The notes under the pieces: model-generated
What the model was told of the DNA's origin: nothing
What the model saw: the letters and a program-made list of their open reading frames with translations, nothing else
Database searches by the model: none
Part shown: positions 39,951-52,699 of the stretch, one piece after another
Numbering within the stretch: position 1 is the stretch's first letter
Layout of the letters: every line of letters begins with the position of its first letter
Translations under genes and position numbers: made by a program
Origin: Octopus vulgaris
Lineage: Eukaryota
Direction of reading: 5' to 3'
Assembly (NCBI GenBank): GCA_951406725.2
Contig: OX597839.1
Span: 23,994,001-24,058,000 of the forward strand
Length of the DNA: 64,000 bases

Positions 39951-41880
39951 GGCAGCGAGCTGGCAGAATTGTTAGCATGCTGGGCGAAATGCTTAGCAGT
40001 ATTTTGTCTGCTGTTACGTCCTGAGTTCAAATTCCACCGCGGTCGACTTTGCCTTTCACGAGGTCGATAAATTAAGTACCAGTGTAAAACTGGGAGTTGA
40101 TTTTATCAACTTAACCCCTTCCCCAAAATTTCAGGTCTTGCGCCTATAGTAGAAAGGATTATTATTATTATTATTGTGGCAAGCAGCATATCATCTGTCT
40201 TTATGTTCTGAGTTCAAATTCCAAGGTCAACTTTGCCTTTCATCCTTTTGGGGTTGATAAAATAAGGATCCAGTTGATCACTGATGGTTGACAAGGGGAA
40301 CTTAGCTACTTAACCAAAATTGCTGGCCTTGTGCCATAAATTGAAACCATTATTCTTGTTGTTGTTGTTGCTGAGTTCTAGTGTATAGCTTGAAGGGTAG
40401 CAGCAGTCAGATATTTTGTGAAGGATGCTTGCAGAGTACAAGACATCATCATCATCATTTAACGTCCGTTTTCCATGCTGGCAGGGGTTGGACAATTTGA
40501 CTGGGGACTGGCAGGCCAAGAGGCTGCACCAGCCTCCAATCTCATCAGGCAAAGTTTCTACAACTGGATGCCCTTCCTAATGCCAACCACTCCGAGGGTG
40601 TAGTGGGTGCTTTTTACATGCCAGTGAGGCGGTACTGGCATCGACCACACTTGAAATGCGCTTTTAACATGCCACACAAGGTCTGAAATTTTGGGAGGAG
40701 GTTTTAATTGGTTACACTGACTGCAGAAGGGATGAAAGACAAAGTTGATCTCAGTGGAATTTGAGCTCAGAATGAAAGGAAGCGGAGGAAATAGGGCCCT
40801 CCAATCCACTTGTCTCATAACAACAATTGCTTTTAACATGGGTACAATAATGACCCCTGCCTGCTCCCCAACACACACACACTGGACAGATGAAAGGAAA
40901 AGTGGATCCCAGCAGAATATGAAACTAGAACAAAAGACCTACAAGAAATATTGCAAAGCATTTGTCTCCTGTTCTAAGGATTCTGCAAACTCACCTCCCT
41001 AATAATAATAATGATAATAATAAATAATAATCAGAGAGAAATGTGTCCATTAAAGAAGTTGAGAAGTTATTTAAGTACAAAGACCTAGAAATAGAAGTGA
41101 CCAGGATGTGATTGAAAAGCAGCGCAGCACCAGTGGTGATTGGAGCGTTAGGGCTAATTAAAAAGGGCCTTGATAAGCAGCTCAACAAACTTGCACTGTT
41201 AACGTGGGAGAACTTCAGAAAATAGTGTTGCTAGGTTATGCACACATTTTACGCCGTGTACTCTCTATGAGATGAGGACCTGCTGTGACCTTGGGGTCAA
41301 AGGATGACCCCAGTTCAGCAGGAGACAAAGGACCATATTTTATTTTAAAACAATAATAATAATAATAATAATATTTTCTACTCTAGACACAAGGCCCGAA
41401 ATTGAGATAGGGGGGGGGGACAGTCGATTAAATCAACCTCAGTACGCAACTGGTATTTAATTTATCAACCCTGAAAGGATGAAAGGCAAAGTTGACGTTG
41501 GCGGAATTTGAACTCAGAACGTAACGACAGATGAAATACCTCAAAGCATTTCGCCTGGCATGCTAATGATTCTGCCAGCTTGCCACCTTATTAATTGTAA
41601 CGATCTTTCCTACTATAGGCACAAGGCCTGAAATTTGGGGGACAGGGATAATCAATTACATTGATCCTAGTACTAAACTGGTACTTATTCTACCGACCCT
41701 GAAAGGATGAAAGGCAAAGTCGACCCCGACGGAATTTGAACTCAGAATGTAAAGACAGGCGAAATATTGCTAAGCGTTTCAGTCAGTGTGTTAATGATTC
41801 TACCAGCTTGTCACTATGATGATGATGATGATAATAATAATGGTTTCAAATTTTGGCACAAGGCCAGCAAGTTATCTTGC
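39100..41880. repeat. Cluster of SINE family C copies separated by (TAT)n/(TAA)n tracts
   Basis: Many + copies at 39100-40380 and - copies at 40670-41880. Confidence 0.65.
41030..41372 (+). mobile_element. R4/Dong-like LINE 3' fragment within (TAA)n
   Basis: Near-identical to 38880-39122, with (TAA)n on both sides (40999-41029 and 41352-41372). Confidence 0.75.
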
Positions 41881-43316
41881 CATGGTTTATTATGTTCTGC
41901 ACCAACGACATGACTGGAATGCAGTTTGTCACTTATCAAATGAACCTGTTCACAAGATGAGCAAAAACCAAAGCGGAAACAGAAAGACTTGTCAGATGTA
42001 GAAGGAAAGACCCCGTTTTTCCATTTAATGATGCAACCAGAGTTAAAAAAAAAAGAAGTTTCAGCAAAGAGAGGGACTGTGTCTCCTGCGATGTGCAAAA
42101 TCATGAAATACTGGCCAAAGGTTAGATCCTAGAACCGTGTGAAGACTATTTAAAACCAGGTCAACAGCGAAAACAAAGACCCGACAACTAAATTAATTAA
42201 GAGAAAATATAAACAGAGCAAAGGATCCGATTCCAAAGTATGCCGTCAAAATAAAGTAATTGGTAATTAACAGAACAAATCATTTCAATTAAAAGAATTT
42301 TTATCACGGTAAAAAAATAGTTTTATGGGAGAAAGAGAGAGAGAGAGAAAATGAGGTGGGGGTGATATTAGGGAGAGAGAGAGAGAGAGTAAAGGAAAGC
42401 TACAAGGGATAGAAAGGGAGTAGTAGGAGAGGTGCATTGATGTTAAGTTTAGAGAGTAGGGAGTTGAAGGGATCGGAAGAAGAAGAGCCTGACAGAAAAG
42501 GAAAATACAGGGAGGGGAGAAAGAGAGAGAGAGAGAGAAAGAGAGCAATGTGTGTGTGTGTATGTGTGCATGTATGTGTCTTTTCATCCTGTCATACAGG
42601 TGTTTGGCTATTGTTTATTTACCAACACCTGAGTGTTGAAAAGCTCAAGGTATCCTCAACAAGATTTCAATAGCAATATTCAATCATAATAGCACCACAG
42701 AGTGAGATTTCACCGAGAAATTCTTCAAAGATCAAACAGCAACACTACTTAGGATTGAACTGTTAAACAAACGCATGACCTTTACATATATATATATATA
42801 TATATATATATGTTGGCCAACTTATTCCTATTTCTACATGAGTGAATTAGTTCCAAGTCAGATACAATAGGTGAGTGGGTGATTTTAAGGACTGGTTGTA
42901 ACGAGAGGATGCAGACACTAATTATAGCCAAGATTTTATTTAAACTCGTACATTTAAAAAAAAAATATTTCTTTGCGCCACGATGAGTCTTCTAATACGA
43001 ACACCTTGGATTGTGACCAAATTTCTACAGAAAATGGTTTATGAAGGTAAGAAGAAAAAAAAAACAACAAAAAAAAGTGGGGGAGGTGGGTGGGTGGATA
43101 ATTTTGTATCATGACTGTCAACAGAAAATAAAAAATCCTCTCCAGAAGACGACAGGTTTTAAATTGACACAGAAACTGGTGGGGGGTGGTTCTTGTTTTT
43201 TTAAAAAATTTTTTTTTTAATGTCCCCACCCTCCCTAATCATTACCACAACTCAGGCTTTGAAGGTCAGCTGGAAAACGGCAGCAACCTTTGTTACAGCA
43301 GAAAGCAATACCAATG

Positions 43317-43347
<31 letters not shown>

Positions 43348-43672
43348 GTACATTTATACATATATATATGTGTGTGTGTGTGTGTGTACATTTATGCACA
43401 ATAGACTTACGAGAAAATTGATACACCAAATGTGAGGGATCTACCAAACTTCTATCATGCTTTGAACGTAGGTAACACTCGTTAGTTACTCTTTGCAAGT
43501 AGATGTGTTGCTCATTAGTGAATCGTTGAGAGTATATTTCATAGATCATTCGTCCTGTCATGTGATCATTATGAAGAATATCTGCAATGACAATTTAAAA
43601 AAGGCAGGTTAATAAATAAAAACCACAGCAGGCGCTGGGCGATGGCGCACCGCTTACGGGTGGCCAGCTTAC

Positions 43673-43972
43673 CTGGACAAAGGCCTTGAAATACGGCAGG
43701 CTGAGATCCGCCGGATGCTGCTGCTGCTTGATAGGGGTGAGTGTACTGGGGTAAATGATCCTGCTGATGCACGTGCAGATGCGTGTGAGCATGTGCATGT
43801 GTGTGCGTATGAGCGTGGGTGGATGCTGCAGATAGACTGGCCATCTGAAGGCGAACCATCGGGTCAGTACTGAGGGCAAGGCGCTCAGCCTGCAGCCGCT
43901 CAGCAGAGATTCGTTCCACAAGAGTTGAATATGCTGGATCACCCAACAAGTGAGAAATACCAGTTGGAATTC
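43673..43972 (-). CDS. RERE: Atrophin/RERE coding exon with His-rich motif
   Basis: Acceptor ttatttAG, donor GTaagc. 300 nt, phase 1/1. Encodes ERISAERLQAERLALSTDPMVRLQM...THAHTHTHAHAHTHLHVHQQD, compared with vertebrate RERE [22 protein letters not shown]...HSHIHSHLHLHQQD. Confidence 0.95.
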
Positions 43973-45149
43973 CTAAATAAACATTCAGAGATTACAATAA
44001 CATATTTTTTTTTAAACATAATTAAATCTTTACTGGGCAGATGGAAAAAAATATATAAATAAAATAAATAATTAAGCCAAGATTGAAATAACGAAATCTA
44101 TTGATAAACACACACATTTTCAAAGGCATCAATACATAGGAAATATCTTAACTCTTTAACATTTAAACTGGTCATATCTCACTGGATCTGTCTTCTCACG
44201 CACAGCCTACAATGTCATTCTAAAAATAAACTATCTTACGTTCAAACGGATTAGATCTGTCCTCTCACACCCACCCTACAATGTCATTCTAAAAATATGC
44301 AAAGCTATTTCAAAGCTATGAAATAATGCATCTGAATGCTTAAAAGGTTAAGAAACTCACCAACAATTTGAAATGAAAGTTGGTGGCCACTTCATCAAGG
44401 GGATGTTGCCACAAACAGAAATGTGAGGCTCATCTCATCTTAACCTGTGATATCAGAAGGGTCTTGGATGACCAATAAACCAAGCACCCAAAAAGATAAC
44501 TAGCTTCACTCACATTTTGACCTCAACTACTGACCTAACCTTGAGCAATGAACTCCTCACTATTCAACAACTGCTACAAGGGTCAAGGATCCCTAAATCC
44601 TCCCAGTCCTAACAATGCTATTTAAGCCCTTCACCTTTAACCACAAATCCATTTCATCTCATCCACTTATCTCTTCCACTCTTTCTACCAGTGATGATTA
44701 CAGTTCAAGGAAATCTATACATTGATTGATTGATTTAGTAACCCAATGTAGCTATATATTGATCCAATAAACCTCCAGTGTAAGAATCTCATGCACCCCC
44801 CTCCCCACAAAACAGCTAATCAATCATGGACAGGAAGACATCAGGTACAGGATTAATAAATAGCTATTAATCTTCTCTATCCAGTATTGATCTAGCCATT
44901 AAACCTCTCTCTTTTATATCTATGTTTGTATCTCTTTAACCATTAAACTCCTCTATTCAGTAATTGCCCTGTCATTAAACCTGGCTATTCAATACCTATC
45001 TATATCTGCCTGCCTGGCTATCTGTCTACATCGTATCAACATATCTAATAACAAACACACACATAGACCTGTCTGCTTGTCCATCAATGTTCTTGTGCCT
45101 CACCTCTACCTATTTCATTTATCTATGTATCTATCTATCTAAATATATT

Positions 45150-45475
45150 TTCTTTTATTTGTTTCTGTCATTTGACTACGGCCATGCTGGAGCCTCGCCT
45201 TTAGTTGAACATGCTTCGGAAGCCTAGTACTTATTCCGTCTCTTTTGCCAAACCGCTACACTACAGGGACATAAACACACCAACATCAGTTGGGGCACAA
45301 ACATAGGCATACACAAATACATATACATATATATGACGGGCTTCTTTCAGTTTCCGTGAACCAAATCCACTCACAAGGCTTTGGCTGGCCTGAGGCTATA
45401 GTAGAAGACATTTGCCCAAGGTGCCATGCAGTGGGACTGAAACCAGAACCATGTGGTTAGGAAAAAAGACTCTTA
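45150..45475 (-). mobile_element. SINE family A copy
   Basis: Matches family A. Confidence 0.75.
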
Positions 45476-46070
45476 CCTCACCTATCTACCTACCTGCATG
45501 GCAATTTATCTATCTCTCTAGTGATTAGGCTCTGCCATTCACCATCCAACTACAGCATATAAAATACATACATCGACAACACCACATCCACATACATCTG
45601 TCTTACTGAATCTACACAAGAGAACCATCCATCCTCATCATCATTATTATTTAATGTATCTTTACCATGCTGGCATGGATTAGACAGTTTGATAGGAGCT
45701 GGCAAGGTTGGAGAGCTGCAACATGCTCCAACTGTCTGATTTGGTATGGCTCCTCTGGTGCAATGCCCTTTAACACCAACCACTTCACAGAGTGTACAGG
45801 GTGCTTTTTTTTTTTTTGTCTTGCCAGCACAGGAGCTTATTGTGTGGTGTCAGTAGGGAAGGGACTCCAGGGTCACTTCACCGAAACCAGAGCCCCAACA
45901 TCAGTTTACATGAAAGACTCTACATAAATTAACCAAAACATTAAAAAAAAAAAAAAACTCTATAAAACATTACCTGATAGCAGATAATAGACCATACCTA
46001 TCAAAAGTGCCATTGGCTTCAAGTTTAACGAGTTTCAAGAAGAAGAAGAATGAGAGAAGAGCAATCTTAC

Positions 46071-46271
46071 CTAACCGTTCCAAACGTTCCCTCTCTCGTG
46101 CCAGCAGATCATTAGCTAAACTTGTTGGGGGGTAAACACCTGGTATATGAGGTGTGTTGCTACTGGAGCTGTTACCCGCCGATTGTTGGACTAAATGACT
46201 TTGTGCTGCAGCAGTCGGAGGATAGGCATAACGACGCATATCGATCCAAGGAGCATCCAACGCATTTCCAC
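46071..46271 (-). CDS. RERE: Atrophin/RERE coding exon
   Basis: Acceptor tttctgcAG, donor GTaaga. 201 nt, phase 1/1. Encodes GNALDAPWIDMRRY...PGVYPPTSLANDLLARERERLERLG. Confidence 0.9.
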
Positions 46272-46761
46272 CTGCAGAAATTAATTGAAGGGAGTCTCAG
46301 AAAACGTGACAGAATAAGATGCAATTACACACACACATATATATACATATACAGACAGGGACATTTGGAAGTGTGGAACAGTGACTCTCAACCATTCCTT
46401 TTTTTTTTTTAACCTTTGGACCCTCTTAGATCCCTATTTTGCTCAGTTGGACCCGCATAGACATTCAATGTTTTAAAAAAAATCCCATTATATTTGTGTT
46501 GTTGAATATTATTAGGGATCGGGTTAAGAAAAAAATGTTAAAATATTTTGAGCATTGTAGAGTTATGAGCAAATTATTGCAGATAGATTTTAGCAACAAA
46601 AACCTTAGATGGAGCCCCAAGGGTCATGTGGACACTGGTGGAGAGCCATTGTCATGTGGACACGATATACATTCAAGAGTCATTTAGAAATATATGGTAA
46701 GATAGGTAGGTATGGACACATGGCAGTATTTAGAAATATTATAGAATAAGACATAAATATA

Positions 46762-46985
46762 CAGGATTGGCCAAAAGTCAGCTGACAGTAAATCAAAAAC
46801 CATTTAATTCCAAGATTTATTTATGTTTAACAAATGAATGAATTTAATAAGAGCATCCAAATATGAAACATAATGAAAATTGTTCAAACTGAAGTGAGAG
46901 TGTCACATTTTTCCTTTCGAGTCAATATAGAATTACAAACAGCATTTAAGGAATTTCGATTTATTGTTTGCTGACTTTTGACGAA

Positions 46986-46989
<4 letters not shown>
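46762..46989. mobile_element. Tc1/mariner-type MITE
   Basis: ta-CAGGATTGGCCAAAAGTCA ... TGACTTTTGACGAACCATA-ta: imperfect TIRs with TA flanks. Confidence 0.55.
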
Positions 46990-47022
<33 letters not shown>

Positions 47023-47023
<1 letters not shown>

Positions 47024-47425
47024 TCTTTTACTTGTTTCAGTCATTTGACTGCGGCCATGCTGGAGCACCGCCTTTAATCGAGCAACTCAACCCCGGGACT
47101 TATTCTTTGTAAGCCCAGTACTTATTCTGTCAGTCTCTGTTGCCGAACCACTAAGTGACGGGGACATAAACACACCAGCATCGGTTGTCAAGCAATGCTA
47201 GGGGGACAAACACAGACACACAAACACACCCGCACACACATATATATATATATACACATATACACGACGGGCTTCTTTCAGTTTCCATCTACCAAATCCA
47301 CTCACAAGGCTTTGGTCGGCCCGAGGCTATAGTAGAAGACACTTGCCCAAGATGCCACGCAGTGGGACTGAACCCGGAACCATGTGGTTGGTTAGCAAGC
47401 TACTTACCACACAGCCACTCCTGCG

Positions 47426-47428
<3 letters not shown>
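47023..47428 (-). mobile_element. SINE family A copy (young) within (TA)n
   Basis: Near-identical to the copies at 51480-51890 and 61385-61780. Confidence 0.85.
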
Positions 47429-47476
<48 letters not shown>

Positions 47477-47814
47477 CAATCATATTTTAATGTATAAAGA
47501 ACCCATTTTTGTCAAAAGTTAGGTTATAAAATATGGAAGTTTCTTATACATTAATAGCATTATAATCCCTTACAAAAGCATTTTTTTCCAAATTTTAAAC
47601 CCCCCAAAATTAGGGGGCTCCTTAAACATGTTGAAATACAGTATATATACACACAGGGCAAGACATACAGTTTATTTAGGGGTCATGACTAAATTCCAGT
47701 GAACAGCAGAAAATACTTTTGCACAATTAAGCTAATTATTAGTCTAAAAACCTGTGTGTATGTGGGCAGTTATGCGCTTGATGAAGTGATGGGTGATTTG
47801 TGGCCCAAATGGTG

Positions 47815-48170
47815 TGTCTAACGCCAACCACTCCGAGAGTGTAGTGGGTGCTTTTTACGTGCCAGACGAGGCTGGCAAACGGCCACGAGCGGATAGTGCT
47901 TTTTACGTGCCACCTGCACAGGTGCCAGGGGAGTCTGGCATCGGCTGGTGCTTTTAACGTGCCACCGGCACGGAAGCCAGTCAAGGCGGCGCTGGCATTG
48001 GCTACGTTCGGATGGTGCTTTTTATGTGCCACCGACACAGAAGCCAGTTGAGGTGGCGCAGGCATCAGCCATGTTTGGATGGTGCTTTTTATGTGCCACT
48101 GGCACAGAAGCCAGTCGAGGCGGCGCTGGCATCGGCCACGTTCGGATGGTACTTTTTATGTGCCACCCAG
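47815..48170 (-). mobile_element. Repeat family D (GAT-tailed, RTE-type 3' end) with internal tandem units
   Basis: Repeated GGTGCTTTTTATGTGCCACC...GGCATCGGCCACG units. Relatives at 16230-16495, 55010-55266, 59170-59338 and 63410-63745. Confidence 0.7.
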
Positions 48171-49273
48171 CTGAAAATGAGAACCAGCCGAATATTACTG
48201 TTGTAGCCCTGTGTCTCTACCTCAAATTATCACATCCTGGAGGCATCACTGGTTCAAGCAACTAAAACCATTTAGCAAAGCCAGGTCACACCTGTATGTG
48301 TGTGTACGTGTATGAGTCTGGTGCTCTGTTGGTTACGATGACAAGGGTTCCAGTTGATTGATCAATGGAATAGCCTGCTCGTGAAATCAACGTGCAAGTG
48401 GCTGAGTACTCCACAGAATGTGACATGGGTGGCTCCCTTTGAATTACAGGTGCAACTCAATTTTGCCAGGTGAGTGGACTGGAGCAACGTGGAATGAAGT
48501 GTCTTGCTCAAGAACATACCCTAGCCACTAAGCCATCTATGTATAGCTTAGTGGTTAAAGCGTTGCACTCGTGGTCATAAGATTGTGGTTTCGATTCCTG
48601 GACAGGGCAATGCATTAAGTTCTTGAGCAAGACACTTCATTTCCTGTCGCCCCAGTCCACTCAGCTGGCAAAATTGACTAACCCTGCGATGCACCCAAGG
48701 AGGAATCCACACAGGGACTATCTGGTTGTGAAGCCTTGCCAAACAAATCCTTACAACAGCAACCTTCGTACCAGATAACAATAACCGAAGTAAAATTTGA
48801 TGAACAGAAGACTTGAAGTGTCAAAAATGACCAGGAAAAAACCAGAACAAATTAAGGTTCATATTCTGCTCTGTTTAGCTGGTTCTCCAAGAATATATCT
48901 AATTATGAGTGTCAGAAATATCGTGTACTGGAAGATGAAGTAATAGTAAAAGGAAATTTAAAGAAATTTTAGCCTCAATATAACCCAAGTCCGGCTCCCT
49001 TTTCCGAAATCCGCCGAAACTACACCTGATTATATATACACTTTAGATGAGTTGTAGTGCACCTGATATATATATATATATATATACAACCGCTCTTGGT
49101 TCCCGGCCGTGAAAGAAATCAAGAGAGATAATTCAGTTCACGAAACTATGTCAACAGAAAAACAGAATTACCTCCCTTTTCGAACCTGGTGACAGAGAAA
49201 TGATTATGAAATGTTTTTTTTTTTTTTTTTTTTAAATCACGAGAGATTGGTGAGTATGCAAATGTAAACTCAC

Positions 49274-49422
49274 GTATTTTAGATCCAGGAGTACCAGGAG
49301 GTTTCATTTCCATATCTGCTTTGAATTTTTCTCTAATTTCCATTTCGCGTAGCTCTCGTTCCCGTAATTCCCGTTCGCGGGCGTCACGTTCCCTTTTGTC
49401 TCGCTCCAACTCAAGTTCAAGT
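49274..49422 (-). CDS. RERE: Atrophin/RERE coding exon with Arg-Glu (RE) repeats
   Basis: Acceptor atttctAG. Encodes LELELERDKRERDARERELRERELREMEIREKFKADMEMKPPG. Donor GTgagt after 49274; an alternative same-phase GTactc lies after 49295. Confidence 0.9.
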
Positions 49423-49745
49423 CTAGAAATGGGACAAATAAAATAAAATAAACAAAAGCAGCCCTTTATAAAGGAGTTTCACGTATAATGGTACATTTAG
49501 TAAGACAAAAACGGAAGGAAGTAGAATATCACATCTCAGGTTCCACTGAAATGGTTTAAGTTGATAAGAGACGAAGAGTAACTCAATCAACACAAACCAG
49601 TTATTATTCAGACATCAGTAATTGAACCCGTGTCATTATCCTTCACTCAGCGATTAAATAACTAAAATACGCAAGTTATAGTTTTCTATAAGGTTGTCCC
49701 AAAAGTTCGTAGAAAGTCTTGGAAAATAATGGTCTTTATTTTGAG

Positions 49746-49746
<1 letters not shown>

Positions 49747-49778
<32 letters not shown>

Positions 49779-50123
49779 TGAAATTATTGTATACAGTGCT
49801 CAGGTGCACCACAGCTTGTCAAAAGTGCGTATAAAGCATATGCAGTAATGTACAAATGTCTGGAAAGCGAATAATGTAGGAGTCAGATACATGCTTGCGT
49901 TTATATGGAGGGGAGAAAGTCAGGTGTAGTGTTGGCGAATTTCAGGAAGCATGGAAGTTTTGAAGGATGCAGTGCTCCGACAACCAACAACTGATGCCGG
50001 CAGTTTGTTCCATGCTTCAGCAACTCTTAGCATGAAAAAATGTTTCCTTAAGTCATGGGAGCTGTGCTGTTTTCTGACTTTGTAAGCATGTCCACGGGTG
50101 TTAGATGGGTGGAGTTTGAAAAG
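49747..50123 (-). mobile_element. CR1-clade LINE 3' fragment, same family as 8387-8840
   Basis: Near-identical to 8387-8740, including the microsatellite tail. Confidence 0.85.
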
Positions 50124-51012
50124 GAGTTTATGATAAGCAGTTGGGACACTATGATCATAGGCACTCCTACAGTGACCATCCTGTCATTTTAGAGATAAGT
50201 AGAAGTACCTTGTCTCCTTTGCTTCCGCGTGTTTTGAGACAGGTATTAACAGAGACCGCATAGAGCCTACCTCGTTGGTACAACATTTGTCTTCGAGGCA
50301 GCAACAGGGAAGTGATTCAATGCCGCACTAATTTATTTTCCACCCTCACAAACCTTTCATTTGTTACAACATGGGCACAGGTATTTACTTCTTCAGATAA
50401 GGTGCAAGCTGGACAGTGTCCAGAGCCAATTTTCACAGGGTAAAAGAGATAAAGTGGATGTATGGATGTTTGGAGTAGTTCAACAGATTTTATTATTGCA
50501 GATAAAGACAAACTGTGTCGGCCTCTTGCAGATAGCTACAGCAAATAATTACATACTGGGGGGAGAGAGAGAGATGCTGCTTAGAGATTATAGAAATCTA
50601 CCGATATGGCAACATGTGGCTTGCTCAACATAACCAGAAACAATTATGCTATGTTCTTGGTGACAAAGGTTCATGCCCTATCTGTCTAAACTGCCTTCCT
50701 GGATTCTCTGGCTGGTAAAAATGCAAGCAGAATGGTTTTTATAGGAGACTAGAAATCAATTTGTAGAATGTTTGAGAAAACATATCTATGCACATTGCTT
50801 CATGCTGACTGATCGGTTGATAAACCAATCCACATGAAACTATGGTGGTTTGCTTGCGATGTCTGACAGCATGTTTAAGGATTTGGTTTCAAATCCCTGA
50901 TACAAATTACTCATGAGTAAAAAAAAAAGGGTTTACTCAGTTTTGTCAAAACAAGCCCCAAACAAGTTATTAAAAGAAAAAAATGGAAATAAAATCTAAA
51001 AATATTACTAAC

Positions 51013-51124
51013 CTTTCTCTAGATCCTGTTGGATACATCGAGGCTAATCTGTAAGGTAACATCGGGTCAACATGTGGAGGTAAAGTTGACAGACCATAGG
51101 GACCAGACCGGCCAAAGTCTTGAC
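51013..51124 (-). CDS. RERE: Atrophin/RERE coding exon
   Basis: Acceptor tttccAG, donor GTtagt. Encodes GQDFGRSGPYGLSTLPPHVDPMLPYRLASMYPTGSRER. Phase 1 in, phase 2 out, matching both neighbours. Confidence 0.9.
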
Positions 51125-51188
51125 CTGGAAATAAAGTCGAAAAAAAAAAAGGATAATTAATTTTTATTCCATTTTTGTTCATTTAGAT

Positions 51189-51441
51189 CAGTGGTTCCTA
51201 AAGTGGGCAGTACTGCTCCCATGGGGGCAGTGGAAAGTTCCAAGGAGGCATTGAAGAAAAGTGGGGCAATAATGGGTTAATGATTCATGTAGAAACAAAA
51301 AAAATAATGGGTTCATTAGGTAATGTTTTATTTGTGAAATAGAGTTGCTTCAGAAAGGAGACTGCATTTGTCATGGTTAGTTGGGGTAGAGGTGCTAGGA
51401 ATGTTAAGGGGCCGGGAGCTCGAAAAAGTCTGGAACCACTG
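51189..51441. mobile_element. hAT (Charlie-type) MITE
   Basis: TIR CAGTGGTTCC/GGAACCACTG with a perfect 8-bp TSD ATTTAGAT at 51181-51188 and 51442-51449. Confidence 0.85.
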
Positions 51442-51479
51442 ATTTAGATAACACACACACATTTATATATATAATGTAT

Positions 51480-51693
51480 TCTTTTATTCTTTTACTTGTT
51501 TCAGTCATTTGACTGCGGCCATGCTGGAGCACCGCCTTTAATCGAGCAACTCGACCCCGGGACTTATTCTTTGTAAGCCCAGTACTTACTCTATCGGTCT
51601 CTTTTGCTGAACCGCTAAGTGACAGGGACGTAAACACACCAGCATCGGTTGTCAAGCAATGCTAGGGGGACAAACACAGACACACAAACATAT

Positions 51694-51724
<31 letters not shown>

Positions 51725-51890
51725 CGACGGGCTTCTTTCAGTTTCTGTCTACCAAATCCACTCACAAGGCTTTGGTCAGCCCGAGGCTATAGTAGAAGAC
51801 ACTTGCCCAAGGTGCCACGCAGTGGGACTGAACCCGAAACCATGTGGTTCATAAGCAAGCTACTTACCACACAGCCACTCCTGCGCCTAT
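51480..51890 (-). mobile_element. SINE family A copy (young)
   Basis: Matches family A. Confidence 0.85.
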
Positions 51891-52435
51891 GTGTATGAAT
51901 ATCTTTTATCTTTTACCTGTTGAAGTCATTAGACTGTAGCCATGCTGGAGCAATACATTCAAGAATTTTGTTGAACAAATCAATCACTACTTATTTTCTT
52001 CTTTAAACCCGATACTTATTTTATTGGCTTCTTTTGTCAAACTGCTAAGTTATGAGAACCAACACAGACATGAACACACACACACATTTATATATGATGA
52101 GCTTCTTTCAGTTTCCTCTATCAAATCCACTCACAAGGTTTTAGTTGGCCTGAGTGTGTGTGTGTGTGTGTATCTTTGTCCCCCACCACTGCTTGACAAT
52201 AGGGATTGGTGGGTTTACATCCCTGTGATCTAGCAGTTCGGCAAAAGGGCAAGATGGAATAAGTATCAGGCTTAAAGGAAAACAAAAACAAAATGAGTCC
52301 AGGGTTCAATTCATTCAACTAAAAATTCTTGAAGGCAGTGCTCCAGCATGGCCACAGTCTAATGACTGAAATGAGTAAACATTAAAGGACAATGCTAAAT
52401 ATATTGGGAGAAGGAAGGAAGGAAGGAAGGTATAC

Positions 52436-52610
52436 CTAGTGTGTGTGGCCTGGCGTATTCACTAAGCTGTCTCAGGGCTGGAGTGTCATGACCGGGGTAT
52501 GGACGAGGTGTCATTCTTTCACCACCATATGGGCCATGCTGAGATGATAATGTGCTGGTCACTTGAGCTTCCGTCGAGCTGGACTTGATAGGCGTATCAA
52601 TTCGTTTTGT
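52436..52610 (-). CDS. RERE: Atrophin/RERE coding exon
   Basis: Acceptor ttttctgcAG, donor GTatac. Encodes TKRID...DTPALRQLSEYARPHTL, the hallmark Atrophin-1 domain motif. Phase 0 in, phase 1 out. Confidence 0.95.
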
Positions 52611-52699
52611 CTGCAGAAAAAAAAGGACGGAAAACAAATTCATCAATACATATGTACGGTGCATGTGCATGTGTGCGTGTGAAGGTATGTGGCTAAGAT

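Noticed and set aside
47840-48170. Repeat-spacer-like periodicity suggesting a CRISPR array
   Set aside because: The context is eukaryotic, the intervening sequences are homologous to each other, and no cas genes are present.
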